Source: Octopus vulgaris (taxonomy: Eukaryota). From it: a stretch of 64,000 bases of DNA. The stretch is taken from positions 124,001 through 188,000 of the forward strand of contig CATOCA020000007.1 in the NCBI GenBank assembly GCA_951406725.2. Reading direction: 5' to 3'. The position numbers and the translations under genes are program-made. The notes under the pieces are model-generated. The model did not search any database. It saw only the letters and a program-made list of their open reading frames with translations, and was not told where the DNA came from. Shown here in pieces: positions 16,852 through 31,000 of the stretch (its first letter is position 1; each line of letters opens with the position of its first letter).

Positions 16852-19834
16852 TCACGAAAGCTTTCTAGCAACTGCCATTTGGTGCATGAGAGAGTTCGAT
16901 GCAGCTGCCCTCATCTGCCCCTCCTGCCGTGAAGTTGGTTCATCTGGGACACCTGACAGGAAGAGATCCAGCTTCATTTTAAAGACATCTGCATCCACCC
17001 CATGCAGGTCTCTCAGGTTCTTCGGGAGGATATTGAAGAGCTGTGGGCCTCGGAAGCCCAGGCTATCACAGAATCTTGTCCTACATCTTGATGGCAAGTT
17101 TGGAGTTCTAGGCACCACGCAGTGGCGTCCGGTTCTGGCATTTGTGTTACTCTCGATGCCAAAGTTCAGGACACGTCCCTCCAGGATCTTCCAGATGTAT
17201 ATTATGGCATACCTTTCCCGCCTACGCTCCAGGGAATATAGTTTTAATCTCTTGAGTCTTTCCCAGTAGCTTACATTCTGCATAGAGGCTATCTTCTTCG
17301 TCTAGCTACGTTGGATCGCCTCGAGCTCTGTGATCAACTTGACACTGGATGGTGACCATAACTGAGAGCAGTAGTCAAAGTGGCTTAGGACAAGTGTCCT
17401 CCAGAGGACCATCAAGGTTTCTTGTTCTCTTGTTCTAAAGGTTCTGAGGATCCATCCGGCCAGTCGTCTACATTTCATTGCCAATTTAGCAACATGTACA
17501 CGAAAGGTCGCGTCATCACTCATGTAAATACCTAGGTCACGCACTGATTGTGCCTCTGGGATTGCTATTCCTCCGGGTCCAGTGTATTCATTGGGTATTA
17601 CATTTAGTTTTGCATGCTGATAGTATAGAGCTTGAAACTTTTCAGCATCGAACTGCATGCTATTCTTTTCGGCCCACTTGTATATTTTGTCTAGCTCACA
17701 TTGCAGGTGTTTAGTGTCCTCAGGGTTCTGTATTGCCTGTGAAACTTTTGTATCATCTGCATAACTTGTGATCGTGGCTGAGGGCATGTCTGAGAGGGCC
17801 ATTATGAACAGTAGTGGTCCCAGAACAGTGCCCTGCGGAACACCGCTCACTATTTGGGTGTTAATGCAAGTGGCCCCATTGGCCACTACCACCTGACTTC
17901 TATCTTTCAGAAAGTCATGAAGCCATTCTCCCAGTTTTCCAACTATGTTGAGATCGCGCAGTTTGTGACATATCATTCCATGATCGACTTTATCAAAGGC
18001 CTTTGCAAAGTCGAGATATATCACTTCCACATTTGAGTGGTTGAGCAGCCGTTTCAGCACCCAGTCATAGTGTTGTAGGAGCTGAGTTAAACAGCTTCTC
18101 CCTGGTCGGAAACCATGTTGGGTGTCGGGCAGCAAGTCATTCTCTTCAAGGAAGGTGATCAGCTTCCTTCTGACTATTCGTTCCATGACCTTGCTGATGT
18201 GTGAGGTCAGAGAGATAGGTCTATAGTTCTTGGCTTCCGCTCTGCTACCTCCTTTATGAATGGGGCATATTTTACCTTCCTTCAGTTTTCTTGGGAGTTT
18301 GCCAGCTGCAAGGAAGCTCTGAAAGAGGAACTGCAGTGGTCTTGCCAGGACTCTCTTATATGCTTTTAGGAGGATTGCCGGGAATCCATCGGGGCCAGTA
18401 GCTGAGTCTGTTTTCATTTCATCTATAGCCTTGATTACATCGTCTTCCTTTATATCGATGTAATTTATCGTCGCCGCCTCTGATTCTATATCTGCAGTGG
18501 TAAAGAAGTCAGTTGGATTGCTGATTTGGAAATGCCCAAGGGGTGGAGTGAAAACACTCTTGAATTGCTCATTCAGTATTTCACTTACCCTCATTGGTTT
18601 TCCTGTAAGTGTGCCATCCTTTTCGAGGAGTGGCCCTATTCTACAGTGCACCGTAGCTGTTTCTTTGGCATACCTGTAGAAAGCTCTGGGGTTAGTTTTT
18701 ATGTTGTCTATAGCCCAGGCTTCTTTGTCTGCTCTTTCCTTTTCATGGGAGAGTTGCAGACATTTTTCAATTTCCAACAGTTTTATTTTCAGGCGGGACT
18801 TTTCACTGCTTTCAATTTGTTTGTTTATGCGATTTGAAATTTTTGTACGCCGTCTCATTAAAATTTTACTCTCTCTGGGGATTTTGTTCTAGTGTACAGT
18901 GGCCTTTCTCTCTGGGACACATTTGTAGCATATGGTTTGCATTACAGACATGAATTGTTGAAGTTTCATGTCGATGTCCAGCGAGGAGAGACATTCAGGC
19001 CAGTTTTGTTTGAGGATCTCTTTCTCAATTTGTTTCCAGTTTGCCTTATTGAAGTTCAAACTGGAAAGATTCTGAGGGTTTCTTGTAGGCTGCATGTCCG
19101 TGCTCTCTTTTGGCCCGTACATGGTCAGCTCTACCATGTTGTGATCCGAGAGTAGTGTCGGTGTCACTTTCACATTATGGATGAGATCCATATTATTTGT
19201 GAAGCAGAGATCCAGTGTGTTACCTGCCCTGGTTGGTTGGAGTATTACTTGCTCCATGTACAGGGTGTTGATGAGGTTCAGGAGGGACCTCGCCTGTGCT
19301 CGTTCACATCTTGTCATTCCTGGGAGAGAAAGGCCCTCAGGCCATCTGACATTGGGTAGATTGAAGTCTCCCATGAGAAGTACACTTATGTGTTGTTCTA
19401 ATGTGATTAGAACTTCTTCTATTTTTATAAGGCTGTCTTTGAACTTGCCTACATGGCTTGGTGCATCTGGAGGGCGATATGTAGCACACACAACTACATC
19501 AAGTTGCCTTATGTGTACAATTAGTGTGTCACACACCGAGTTTGAGTATGACAAAAGGACCTGGGGTGTGAGGTCCTCACGGATGTACATAGCAACTCCT
19601 CCATGACTCCTTTCTTTTCTGTCGGTCCGTAGTACAACATACTGTGGTATGTGTAATTCCGCATCTGCTATGTCCGGTTTCAGGTGCGTTTCCGTAAGTG
19701 CTATGCATAAGGCTTGATTGCATGCGACAAAGTCTCAGGAACGGGATTTTTGTCCTGTTACTGAGTGTTTGCAGTCCTCTGATGTTCAGTAGGAGCATCG
19801 AGGTGAGGTGTATGTTGTTGCCGGCGGTGTCCAT
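16852..19834 (-). pseudogene. LINE ORF2 (APE endonuclease + reverse transcriptase), disrupted
   Basis: MLLLNIRGL, TETHL, YRPP, MGDFNLP, LDLCFTN, SDH, NYRPISLTS, LDFAKAFD, GVPQGTVLGP, YADD, YSLERRR. Frameshift near 19735, stops at 18889 and 17302. Confidence 0.88.
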
Positions 19835-20694
19835 CTTGGGTCTGTTTGCTGTGGTGGTCTTGTATATTGTGTGTAGTCCCACCTGTGAGCTTGGGTTTGA
19901 TGAAGCCAGGTCAGCTGCTGTACAATCTTTTGTGCCATGCACAAAAAAGATTCTTGCTCAGCAGCTGCCCTTTCAACAACGTCATGTTGGCGGTTTGTGG
20001 CACGCACCACATCTGCGTACCTCCGTTTTGGGGCAGGTGGTGCGTGGTCCATCCCTTTTCATTGTGTTGATGGTTTGTTTATCTGTTTTCGTTTCGTGTC
20101 TCTGCGGCAGGGTCCCCAATGTGCAAAGCGGCAGCCTGCACCTTCCTCTCCATGCCAGCAGGTACCTCTCAGGTAGAACCTACACACCCGTGTGCGCTGT
20201 TTGTTTCCATCCCTTGCGGTTCCACTTCTATTCCTGGCTGTTTCACCATTTGGTCCTGCTTGAGCTTTTCCTTTAGCTCTTTCAGTCCTTCTTTTAGTTC
20301 TTCCTCCCTCTACTTCTTCCCTGGGTTCTCCATCTCCATGGCCCTTGCTGCCGGTAGGAGCACTTGTACTTGGGTTCACTTCCCGGGCAGGTTTCTCACT
20401 CAAAACCCCTTCCCGGGTGTCCACCAGGTGGGGGTGACTTCTTTCATCGTCTCCATCCTTGCCATCTTTGCCCTGCTCGTTCTCAAAAATGGCATCAAGT
20501 TTGCCAATGTGCGACCGTACAAGCGCAAAGGAGCGTATGAATTCCTGTTTCTTTCGCTCTATCTGAGCTACCGTCCTTTTGTAGCTGCCGCTCTTCAGCG
20601 CAGCCGTAATCACATTGTTAGGGTTTTCTCCGTCGGCGCATTTCCAGGCTCGTACGAACAACGCCAGTTCGTCAGGTCTCCAGGCTCTGGACAT
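19786..20694 (-). pseudogene. LINE ORF1 with CCCH zinc finger; one in-frame TGA at 20059-20061
   Basis: CRFYLRGTCWHGEEGAGCRFAH motif. ORFs 20059-20694 and 19786-20052 are in the same frame. The end overlaps the start of ORF2. Confidence 0.7.
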
Positions 20695-20799
20695 GTTGAA
20701 TAATCTATCTATTTATTTATCTATCTAATTATGTTCAAAATTTAATAGTATGACAGAGGGCAGAGAAGAAGCAGAGAAAGAAAGCGACTGTGCACCTAG

Positions 20800-21756
20800 A
20801 GAGATTGAGAGCTGAGAGAAGATAAGAAGATATATATTTATGCCACTATATATTTAGAGAAATTGAGAAGGTGAGAGAGGAAAGATTGAGAGCTGAGAGA
20901 AGATAAGAAGATATATATTTATGCGACTATATATTTAGAGAGATTGAGAAGGTGAGAGAGGAAAGATTGTGACAGAGGGAAGTGGAGAAGTGAAGAGACA
21001 AGGGAAGATTGAATGGCTGAAAGAAGAGAGATGGTGTAATAGAGAGAAGTAAAAAGACAGAGGGAGAAAGAGAGGGGGGGTTACGAAGCTGCAATAGAAA
21101 TGAGGGATTAAGAAAATGAAAGATTGTTAAAGAGAGGAGAGAGAGGGGATGAGATAGGAATGAAAGATTAAGAAAAATGAGAGATTTGCACAAAAGGAGA
21201 GATTTTTAACAGGAAGGCTGAAATAGAAAGTAATTATTAAAGATTGTTGTTAGAGTTCGCGTCTATGCATATATACGTATACATATACACGTGCACACAC
21301 ACATATGCACGAACGGAGAGAAAGTGAGGAAAATATATTAAAATAAACAAATGAAGAGAAAGTGAGGAAAATATATTAAAGTGTGGAGAAGAAAGGGTTA
21401 TTTAATCCTAAAGCCAATTTCAGGAGGATAAGGTATAAAAACGAGAACAGAGGTAGAAATGAAAGATTAAGCAAGAATAAGAGATTTGCACAAAAGGAGA
21501 GAGATTTTTATCAGGAAGGCTGAAGTAGGAAGTAATTATTAAAGATTGTTGTTAAAGTTCGCGTCTATGCATATATACGTATACATATACACGTGCGCAC
21601 ACACACACATGCACAAACGGAGAGAAAGTGAGGAAAAATATATTAAAATAAACAAACGGAGAGAGAGTGAGGAAAATATATTAAAGTGTGGAGAAGAAAG
21701 GGTTATTTAATCCTAAAGCCAATTTCAGGAGGATAAGGTATAAGAACGAGAACAGA
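20800..21756. repeat. Two tandem duplications (~83 bp and ~300 bp) in the putative LINE 5'UTR
   Basis: GATTGAGAGCTGAGAGAAGATAAGAAG at ~20803 and ~20884. GAGATTTGCACAAAAGGAGAG at 21181 and 21481. Confidence 0.8.
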
Positions 21757-22209
21757 TATTGAGAGAATGTAAACAAAACGGCCTTCGTAACTTTTAACGG
21801 AGATAGTTAAGGGAAATAAAATAAGATAATAAATAAAATATGAAATAGAAGATGAAAGTGATACTTATTCCAACGATGTAGTCTGGATTTTTGTGCTTTA
21901 CGGAATTATTTTCCAGGAGAGATGTTTCTTTTTCCTTCTTACAGGAGATAAATTAATTCAATGCGTTTCCACCATGTGCGTTTTCAGAGAAATGAAAATT
22001 ACTGTATTTGGCTTCAGGCAAAATATATTACGTTTTTGATTAATATATTTCTAACCAATGTGTTGTAAGTGGACTTTATGATTTGAATTTTACGTTTTGT
22101 GACGTAGGTTATTTTGTGTCAGTAGGTTATTTCGCCGATTTATGCAAACTTTTCTGTTTTTTTAACAGAGCAAAGGCGAGACACGTCTTTCTCTGCTGGG
22201 AACTGGAAC

Positions 22210-22240
<31 letters not shown>

Positions 22241-22405
22241 GTATATATATGTATATGTATATATATGTATATGTATGTATATATATATATGTATATATGT
22301 ATATGTATATGTATATATGTATATGTATATATATGTATGTATATGTATATGTATATGTATATATATGTATATGTATATATATGTATATGTATATATATGT
22401 ATATG

Positions 22406-22438
<33 letters not shown>

Positions 22439-22459
22439 GTATATATATGTATGTATATG

Positions 22460-22492
<33 letters not shown>

Positions 22493-23105
22493 GTATATAT
22501 ATGTATGTATATGTATATATATGTATGTATATGTATATATATGTATATGTATATATATGTATATATATGTATGTATATGTATATGTATATATATGTATAT
22601 ATATATGTATATATGTATATGTATATATATGTATATATGTATATGTATATATATGTATATATGTATATGTATATATATGTATATATATATGTATGTATAT
22701 GTATGTATGTATATGTATGTATGTATATGTATGTATGTATATGTATGTATGTATATGTATATGTATGTATATGTATATGTGTATATATATATGTATATAT
22801 ATGTATGTATGTACATATATGTATGTATATGTATGTACATATATGTATGTATATGTATGTATATATATGTATATATATGTGTATATATATGTATATATAT
22901 GTGTATATATATGTATATGTATATATATGTATGTGTATGTATATGTATATATATGTATATGTATATATGTATATATATGCATATGTATATATGTATATAT
23001 ATGCATATGTATATATGTATATATATGTATGTATATGTATATATGTATGTATATGTATATATATATATATATATGTATGTATATATATGTATATATATAT
23101 ATGTA
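22210..23105. repeat. (TA)n array with TG interruptions (G on + strand)
   Basis: Read directly. Confidence 0.95.
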
Positions 23106-26073
23106 TGATTTGATTTTGATTTTTCCAGTTTCAGCTAATGAGCTGTGGCCATGCTGGGGCACCGCCATTTGGTTTGCTACACGATTTTACCTCACGGATG
23201 CTTTTTAGCAAACGCCATCTGATGCATGAGAGAGTTCGATGCAGCTGCCCTCATCTGCACCTCCTGCCGTGAAGTTGGTTCATCCGGGACACCTGACAGG
23301 AAGAGATCCAGTCCTACTTTAAAGACATCCGCATCTACACCATGTAGGTCCCTCAGGTTCTTCGGGAGGATATTGAAGAGCCGTGGGCCTCTGAAGCCCA
23401 GGCTATCACAATATCTTGTCCTACATCTTGATGGCAAATTTGGAGTCCTTGGTACTACGCAGTGGCGTCCGGTTCTGGCATTTGTGTTACTCTCGATGCC
23501 AAAGTCTGGGACAAGACCTTCCAGGATCTTCCAGATATATATTATGGCATATCTTTCTCGCCTACGCTCCACGGAATAGAGCTTTAATCTCTTGAGTCTT
23601 TCCCAGTAGCTCATATGCTGCACAGAGGCTATCTTCTTCGTGTAGCTACGTTGGATCGCCTCAAGTTCTGTGATCAACTTGACACTGGATGGTGACCATA
23701 GCTGAGAGCAATAGTCAAAGTGGCTTAGGACAAGTGTCTTCCAGAGGACCATCATGGTTTCTTGTTCTCTTGTTCTAAAGGTTCTAAGAATCCATCCAGC
23801 CAGCCGTCTACATTTCATTGTCAGTTTAGCAACATGTACATGAAAGGTCGCGTCATCACTCATGTGAATACCCAGGTCACGCACTGATTGTGCCTCTGGG
23901 ATTGCAATCCCTCCGGGTCCAGTGTATTCATTGGGTATTGCATTCAGTTTTGCATGCTGATAGTGTAAAGCTTGAAACTTTTCAGCATTGAACTGCATGC
24001 TATTCTTCTCAGCCCACTTGTATATTTCGTCCAGCTCACATTGCAGGTGCTTAGTGTCTTCAGGGTTCTGTATTGCCTGTGAAACTTTTGTATCATCTGC
24101 ATAACTTGTGATCGTGGCTCTCTGCGTGGCTGAGGGCATGTCTGAGAGGGCCATTATGAACAGTAGTGGTCCCAAAACAGTGCCCTGTGGAACACCGCTC
24201 ACTATTTGCGTGCTAATGGAAGTGGCCCCATTGGCTACTACCACCTGACTTCTATTCTTCAGAAAGTCATGAAGCCATTCTCCCAGTTTTCCAACTATGC
24301 CAAGATCACGCAGTTTGTGACATATCATTCCATGATCGACTTTATCGAAGGCCTTTGCAAAGTCGAGATATATGACTTCCACATTTGAGTGGTTGAGCAG
24401 TTGTTTCAGCATCCAGTCATAGTGTTGTAGGAGCTGGGTTAAGCAGCTTCTTCCTGGTCGGAAACCATGTTGGGTGTCAGGCAGCAAGTCATTTTCTTCA
24501 AAGAAGGTGATTAGTTTCCTTCTGACTATTCGTTCCATGACCTTGCTGATGTGTGAGGTCAGAGAGATAGGTCTGTAGTTCTTGGCCTCCGCTCTGCTAC
24601 CTCCTTTATGAATAGGGCATATTTTACCTTCCTTCAGTTTTCTTGGAAGTTTGCCAGCTGCAAGGAAGCTCTGAAAGAGGAACTGCAGTGGTCTTGCTAG
24701 GACTCTCTTACATACTTTTAGGAGGATTGCCGGGAATCCATCGGGGCCAATAGCTGAGTCTGTTTTCATTTCATCTATGGCCTTTATTACATCATCTTCC
24801 TTTATATCGATGTAATTTATTGTCGCCGCCTCTGATTTTATATCTGCAGTGGTAAAAAAGTCAGTTGGATTGGTGATTTGGAAATGCCCAAGGGGTGGAG
24901 TGAAAACACTCTTGAATTGTTCATTCAGTATTTCACTTACCCTCATTGGTTTTCCTGTGAGTGTGCCATCCTTTTCAAGGAGTGGCCCTATCCTACAGTG
25001 CACCGTAGCTGTTTCTTTGGCATACCTGTAGAAAGCTCTGGGGTTAGTTTTTATGTTGTCTATAGCCCAGGCTTCTTTGTCTGCTCTTTCCTTTTCATGG
25101 GAGAGTTGCAGACAATTTTCAATTTCCAACAGTTTTATTTTCAGGCGGGACTTTTCACTGCTTTCAATTTGTTTGTTTAGGCGATTTGAAAATTTTGTAC
25201 GCCGTCTCATTAAAATTTTACTCTCTCTGGGGATTTTGTTCTTGTGTACAGTGGCCTTTCTCTCTGGGACACATTTGTAGCATATGGCTTGCATTACAGA
25301 CATGAATTGTTGAAGTATCATGTCGATGTCCGGCGAGGAGAGACATTCAGGCCAGTTTTGTTTGAGGATCTCTTTCTCAATTTGTTTCCAGTTTGCCTTA
25401 TTGAAGTTCAAGCTGGAAAGATTCTGAGGGTTTCTTGTAGGCTGCATGTCCGTGCTCTCTTTTGGCCCGTACATGGTCAGCTCTACCATGTTGTGATCCG
25501 AGAGTAGTGTCGGTGTCACTTTCACATTATGGATGAGATCCATATTATTTGTGAAGCAGAGATCCAGTGTGTTACCTGCCCTGGTTGGTTGGAGTATTAC
25601 TTGCTCCATGTACAGGGTGTTGATGAGGTTCAGGAGGGACCTCGCCTGTCCTCGTTCACATCTTGTCATTCCTGGGAGAGAAAGGCCCTCGGGCCATCTG
25701 ACATATAGGTAAATTGAAGTCTCCCATGAGAAGTACACTTATGTGTTGTTCTAATGTGATTAGAACTTCTTCTATTTTTAAAAGGCACTCCTCAAACTTG
25801 CCCATATGACTTGGAGCATCTGGAGGGCGATATGTGTACAATTAGTGTACAATTATGTGTACAATTAGTGTGTCACACACCGAGTTTGAGTATGACAAAA
25901 GGACCTGGGGTGTGAGCTCCTCACGGATGTACATAGCAACTCCTCCATGACTCCTTTCTTTTCTGTCGGTCCGTAGTACAACATACTGTGGTATGTGTAA
26001 TTCCGCATCTGCTATGTCCGGCTTCAGGTGCGTTTCTGTGAGTGCTATGCATAAGGCTTGATTGCATGCGACA
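23106..26073 (-). mobile_element. CR1-group LINE, 5'-truncated in APE; second subfamily with a different 3' end
   Basis: Long open RT frame (23192 to ~25700) ending QMAFAKKHP*. (AAATC)n-like tail. Frameshifts near 25705 and 25840. Confidence 0.92.
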
Positions 26074-26087
26074 TATATATATATATA

Positions 26088-26160
<73 letters not shown>

Positions 26161-26162
26161 GC

Positions 26163-26194
<32 letters not shown>

Positions 26195-26231
26195 GCATAT
26201 ATATATATATATATATATACATATGCATATA

Positions 26232-26321
<90 letters not shown>

Positions 26322-26408
26322 GCATATATATATATATATATATATACATATGCATATATATATATATATATATATACATATGCATATATATATATATATA
26401 TATATATA

Positions 26409-26495
<87 letters not shown>

Positions 26496-26777
26496 TGCAT
26501 ATATATATATATATACATATGCATATATATATATATATATACATATGCATATATATATATATATATACATATGCATATATATATATATATATACATATGC
26601 ATATATATATATATATATATACATATGCATATATATATATATATATATACATATGCATATATATATATATATACACATATATACATATGCATATATATAT
26701 ATATATATACATATGCATATATATATATATATATACACATATATACATATGCATATATATATATATATATACACATA

Positions 26778-26815
<38 letters not shown>

Positions 26816-26860
26816 TATATATATATATATAGATAGATATAGATAGATATACATATATAT
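26074..26860. repeat. (TA)n array with TACATATGCA interruptions (mixed C/G, C-rich on + strand)
   Basis: Read directly. Confidence 0.95.
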
Positions 26861-27246
26861 ATGTTTGTTTAGGCCTTATCCCATGCATTGAATAGTGAAC
26901 TTTACTCAGTCATTGTAGAAATTCGGCAAAGAAATGAATTTTCGGGATGTAGCCTGGAAGGTTTTTACGTATTAATTGTTTGGACTTTGTGAACGCATAC
27001 CAATTGTTTTCATAACATTTTTAATGCTTTGAATTAAATGTGTCCATTTTGCGTTGAGTCTGCAGTTTGAATCACTTTAACCAAATTTTAGCAGGCTGGA
27101 TTTTTGATGATCACGATACATCACCAGCGACTCCCTGAAATCCCCGTTGAGAAATCTATATATATAAAACTCATCTTGTGCGTATCTGTGTAACTTTTGG
27201 ATCTACCAAGTTTCATTATTAAGGATGGAAAGTAGTGTGTAGCAAA

Positions 27247-27460
27247 TCTATATATATAAAGCTGAAGTTGTCTGTGTGTGGCAGGTTTGGTAGCCTTCAA
27301 CTAACACTATCTCCTTCGAGAACCTGCAGTGCAAGCTGACCAAAATTGAGAGTATGATAGAAGAAAGCTTGCTCTTCATTCTGTAGAAGATAAAATTGAA
27401 ATCGGACCATATTAACACCAAAAATTATTTACATCAAAAAGGTGCTTTTTTTCTATGAAA
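27247..27460 (+). mobile_element. Probable Helitron-like 5' end fragment
   Basis: A|TCTATATATATAAAG start followed by GTCTGTGTGT, as in the other Helitron 5' ends here. A second similar start lies at ~27155. No 3' CTAG end seen. Confidence 0.4.
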
Positions 27461-27664
27461 ATGACTGAAACAAATAAAAGAATAATCAATGAGAGGCCTT
27501 GTTTTAAGTAAGGGATCAGTTTCTCCATGTACTTGGTTTACTCTTAATCTCATATACAAAACTTGTGATAATTTATGAAAAATGTCTGCTTATCATGATG
27601 CTTGAAACATAGTGGTCTTTTATTTTATATTTCCATGTAATTTATATTATTATTTCTATATTAG

Positions 27665-27778
27665 GTTCGCGAAGATGTCCTTGGAGCTTTAAATAATAAT
27701 TTTCTTCAAACTTTGAACAATGCTTGGAATGATCATCAAACATCCATGGTAATGATTAGAGATATTCTAATGTATATG
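27665..27778 (+). CDS. CUL3: Cullin-3, internal coding exon (114 nt, phase 0/0)
   Basis: ttag|GTT...ATG|gtaagt. Encodes [38 protein letters not shown]. Confidence 0.95.
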
Positions 27779-28228
27779 GTAAGTTTTCATTTTAATTTAT
27801 TCATAATTTAATCTTTTACTAATAGCTTGACCGATCACTTTAATAAGTAATCAAAGTGCATACACTTCATGATTATGAAAACTAAGCTATATTAGTACAA
27901 ATCTACTGGATGGTTATCGTTGAAAGGGAAATTGGGTTGATAGAAACCATTTGGAAGCTCATTCGATGGACTGTATGTAAGTAAAGAGCAAACTTTGCCA
28001 TTACTAATTTTACCTGTAATTCTCAGGTAAAAATGTAATTGGCTGAGTTTTCTATAAAACTCAGCCAATTACATCTATTTACTAAGTAGGTAGTTTCATT
28101 AAGCAACCAGAACAGTTATTGAAACGAAATCCATAATATATACCATGCAGATAGAAGAAATGTGAAAGATGAGTGAGGAAAAAATTGGTATCCTGGAAAA
28201 TATATGAAAATTAGGGGTGGGGGGACTA

Positions 28229-28360
28229 GGTACAGGCATGACCATGTGGTTCAGAAGCTTGCTTTGCAACAACATGGTTTCAGGTTCAGTACCACTATGC
28301 AGGACTTCTAATATAGCCCTGAGCCAACCAATGCTTTGTGAGCTAATTTGGTTGACAGAA
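28229..28360 (+). mobile_element. Degenerate tRNA-derived SINE fragment
   Basis: GGTACAGGCATGACCATGTGGTT...GGTTCAGTACC, an A/B-box-like head. Confidence 0.55.
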
Positions 28361-29184
28361 GATTCTTAAGAACAATTTTATAAAGAAAGCTCTTTCTGGA
28401 TTTCAGGTAGTTTCTGGTGAGCTGATACTTATTTCTCAACTTATCTAGTAATTTCTTTCTTCAAGCTTCATGGGAAATTCATTAATATTAATTTTGAAAC
28501 CTGAAATATCCAAGAATAGTGACAGTTCAGCATGCATAGATCTTTTTCTCAGGCTGTTTTAAGTATATCCAACAAAAATAAAAAGTTGGTATGTTTTACT
28601 CCCTATTAGAAAGGTTGTGATCTTTGATTTTGTCTTTGCTTATTGAAAGTGAAGATATACTTGAGACAAACATTAAAGCATCAGGGATTTTGGTACTATT
28701 CAACTTTATTCTAAGTCATGTGTTGTCTTTTTACTTCTGTTTGAGGTTATCAAATTACACTCTTTGATATAACTCAAGAATGTCCACTTTTTGTTCTTAG
28801 AGAAATTTATCTGGATGGCATTGTATATATGTAAGGGTGTGCACATTACAAGGTACAAGTCTTTACTCAGCAGAAGATTGTTGAATTGTCATTACATATG
28901 ATTGCCAATATTACTAAATAGGATGCTTTCAACATCAATGCTTTTGCTATGTCTAGGATTCTTTTAGAAAATAAATTAAGGCTGCAAGATTGTAAGTTAC
29001 TGTTATTAGGTCTTTTAGACTTATTCTGACTTTCATTTAACTTCATCTAGGTGAAAGGTTGCATGTCACTGATAATAAAATGTTGGTCAACATTGAATAT
29101 GAGACTGCAAATCATGAAATTGTAGCTTGAAGTTATAACAGGTATATAACAGTAACTAAAGATAGTGAGGTTAGCTGGCCTTAA

Positions 29185-30754
29185 CCCTTTTGTTACAATA
29201 TATCTGCTGAAATTGTCTTTCTTTTTTATCTCCAATTTTTAGAATAGTGAAGAATTTAACGAGATCACTTTGTTGTTATAAATCTTGTGTTTCAAACATA
29301 AATTGATATGAAATTTTTATGGAAAGTTTTGATTTAGATCAATGACATTTGTATCATAGAACCAGTGTCTAACCTGGCCAAAAAAGTTTTTGGTTCATAA
29401 TACCAACCCGGCCGAGAGAACCTATTGTTATTTAAATGTAAATTTGAACCCAAATCTCATTGGTACATTCGTTAAAACACGTGATTTCACTTTGTAAATA
29501 GTTGGGTTATAGTATCCGACATTGCTTGACATGATATCTCAACTCAGTGAAATTTTGGGAGATTTTTTTTTTGGCATCGATTTTTCTTCAACTTTGAAAA
29601 TGGATAGGAGTTTCATGTTATCAAGCATTGATTCCGAATTTAAAGCTTTTCCAACGGAAAATAGGGAGATATCGAGAAAAAGAATGAATGAGGTACAAAA
29701 GCACGTGGTGTACAATAATGAATAGGATATTTTTTCTTATCCGAAAATGAAAACAGTGATTCTGAAGAAACTGAAAGCGGCGACAGCAAAGACGATTTTA
29801 TATCGGAATGAAGTAAAAAACTTTAAAAATGTTTTTATTAGCAATTTTTCTGAGGAGACAGTCTATCCATAGTCTTTCTTAGGAAGCGAAACCATTAAAC
29901 TTTTATTTTTTTCAGTATGCTTGTTTGAAGTGATCACTGCGGAAACAAACTGTTACGCAGAATGTAAACAAACACGAAATGGGGGATCAAAGTTTGGAAA
30001 AATTTGTGAAGCAAATGCTGGGTACTATTGTGGATTTAGTTTTTATACAGGGAAAATAATATTAGTCAACATGGCTTAGGGTACGATGTGGTCTGGAAGT
30101 TATTGTTTGAAGTGATCACTGCGAAAACAAATTTACGCAGAATGTAAACAAACACAAAATGGAGGATCAAAGTTTGGAAAATTTTTGAAGTAAATACTGG
30201 GTACTGCTGTGGATTTAGTTTTTATACAGGGAAACTAATGTTAGTCAGCATGGCCTAGGGAACGATGTGGTCTGGAATTTATCACTTCCATTCTATAACC
30301 AGGGCCGTATATTATTTTTTGACCGATTTCTTTAGTTCAGTCAAACTTGCAGTGGATTCCAGTATTTCAGTTTATTCCACTTTTATGGTACACCTGTTGT
30401 GCATTAAATTCAACTGATGATCTAGTGATGTGCACAATACTTCTTTATCAAAATTTTGTTGCATACCCAATATTAGCTGATGATTCATTTTCTATGGTGA
30501 TGTTTAAACAAAATTTTAATATTTTTAGCTTTTGCTCAATTTACCTGTAATTAAAGTCACTTTGAGACAAAAGTTATGCAACAGAATTGATTAAGAACCT
30601 TTTCTTTAATTATGTTCCAAATATCACATTAATATGTTGATAAGTAAAAAAGTTACAGTTATTTAATGAAACAAGCCTAAATTCATGATTATTTTAGAAT
30701 TTAATTGAAACTCATGAGGGGTGTATTTTGGTCAGAAATATAGTAACGAAAGGG
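29185..30754 (+). mobile_element. piggyBac-type deletion derivative with transposase remnants (possibly composite)
   Basis: TTAA flanks at 29181 and 30755. TIRs CCCTTTTGTTACAATA / TATAGTAACGAAAGGG. Remnant GIKVWK..CEANAGYYCGFSFYTGK..GLGYDVV is tandemly duplicated (~29921-30280). Confidence 0.72.
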
Positions 30755-30809
30755 TTAAATGGTTTAGTATCAAAAGGGTTGAGGAAGCAGTTTCAGATAT
30801 CAAATATCA

Positions 30810-31000
30810 AAAGAGACCTAACTCCATAAAATGTAAATGAGAAAAGAAACAAAGGAAATCAAGAAGAAATTTAGATAGAGATAATGAAAGAGGGAAGACA
30901 GACAAAGAGACCTAACTCCATAAAATGTAAATGAGAAAAGAAACGAAGGAAATCAAGAAGAAATTTAGATAGAGATAATGAAAGAGGGAAGACAGACAAA
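30810..31000. repeat. 94-bp tandem duplication
   Basis: GAGACCTAACTCCATAAAATG at 30813 and 30907; copies nearly identical. Confidence 0.9.

Larger units (their letters stand above)
16762..22209 (-). mobile_element. CR1-group LINE, probably full length (~5.4 kb) but defective
   Basis: (TCAA)n tail at 16762, ORF2 (APE+RT), ORF1, then ~1.5 kb putative 5'UTR up to the next TA array. Assignment of the UTR to the element is inferred. Confidence 0.8.

Noticed and set aside
20059-20061. In-frame TGA in LINE ORF1 as selenocysteine or programmed readthrough
   Set aside because: This copy has several other disabling mutations and no SECIS was recognised. A point mutation is the simpler explanation.
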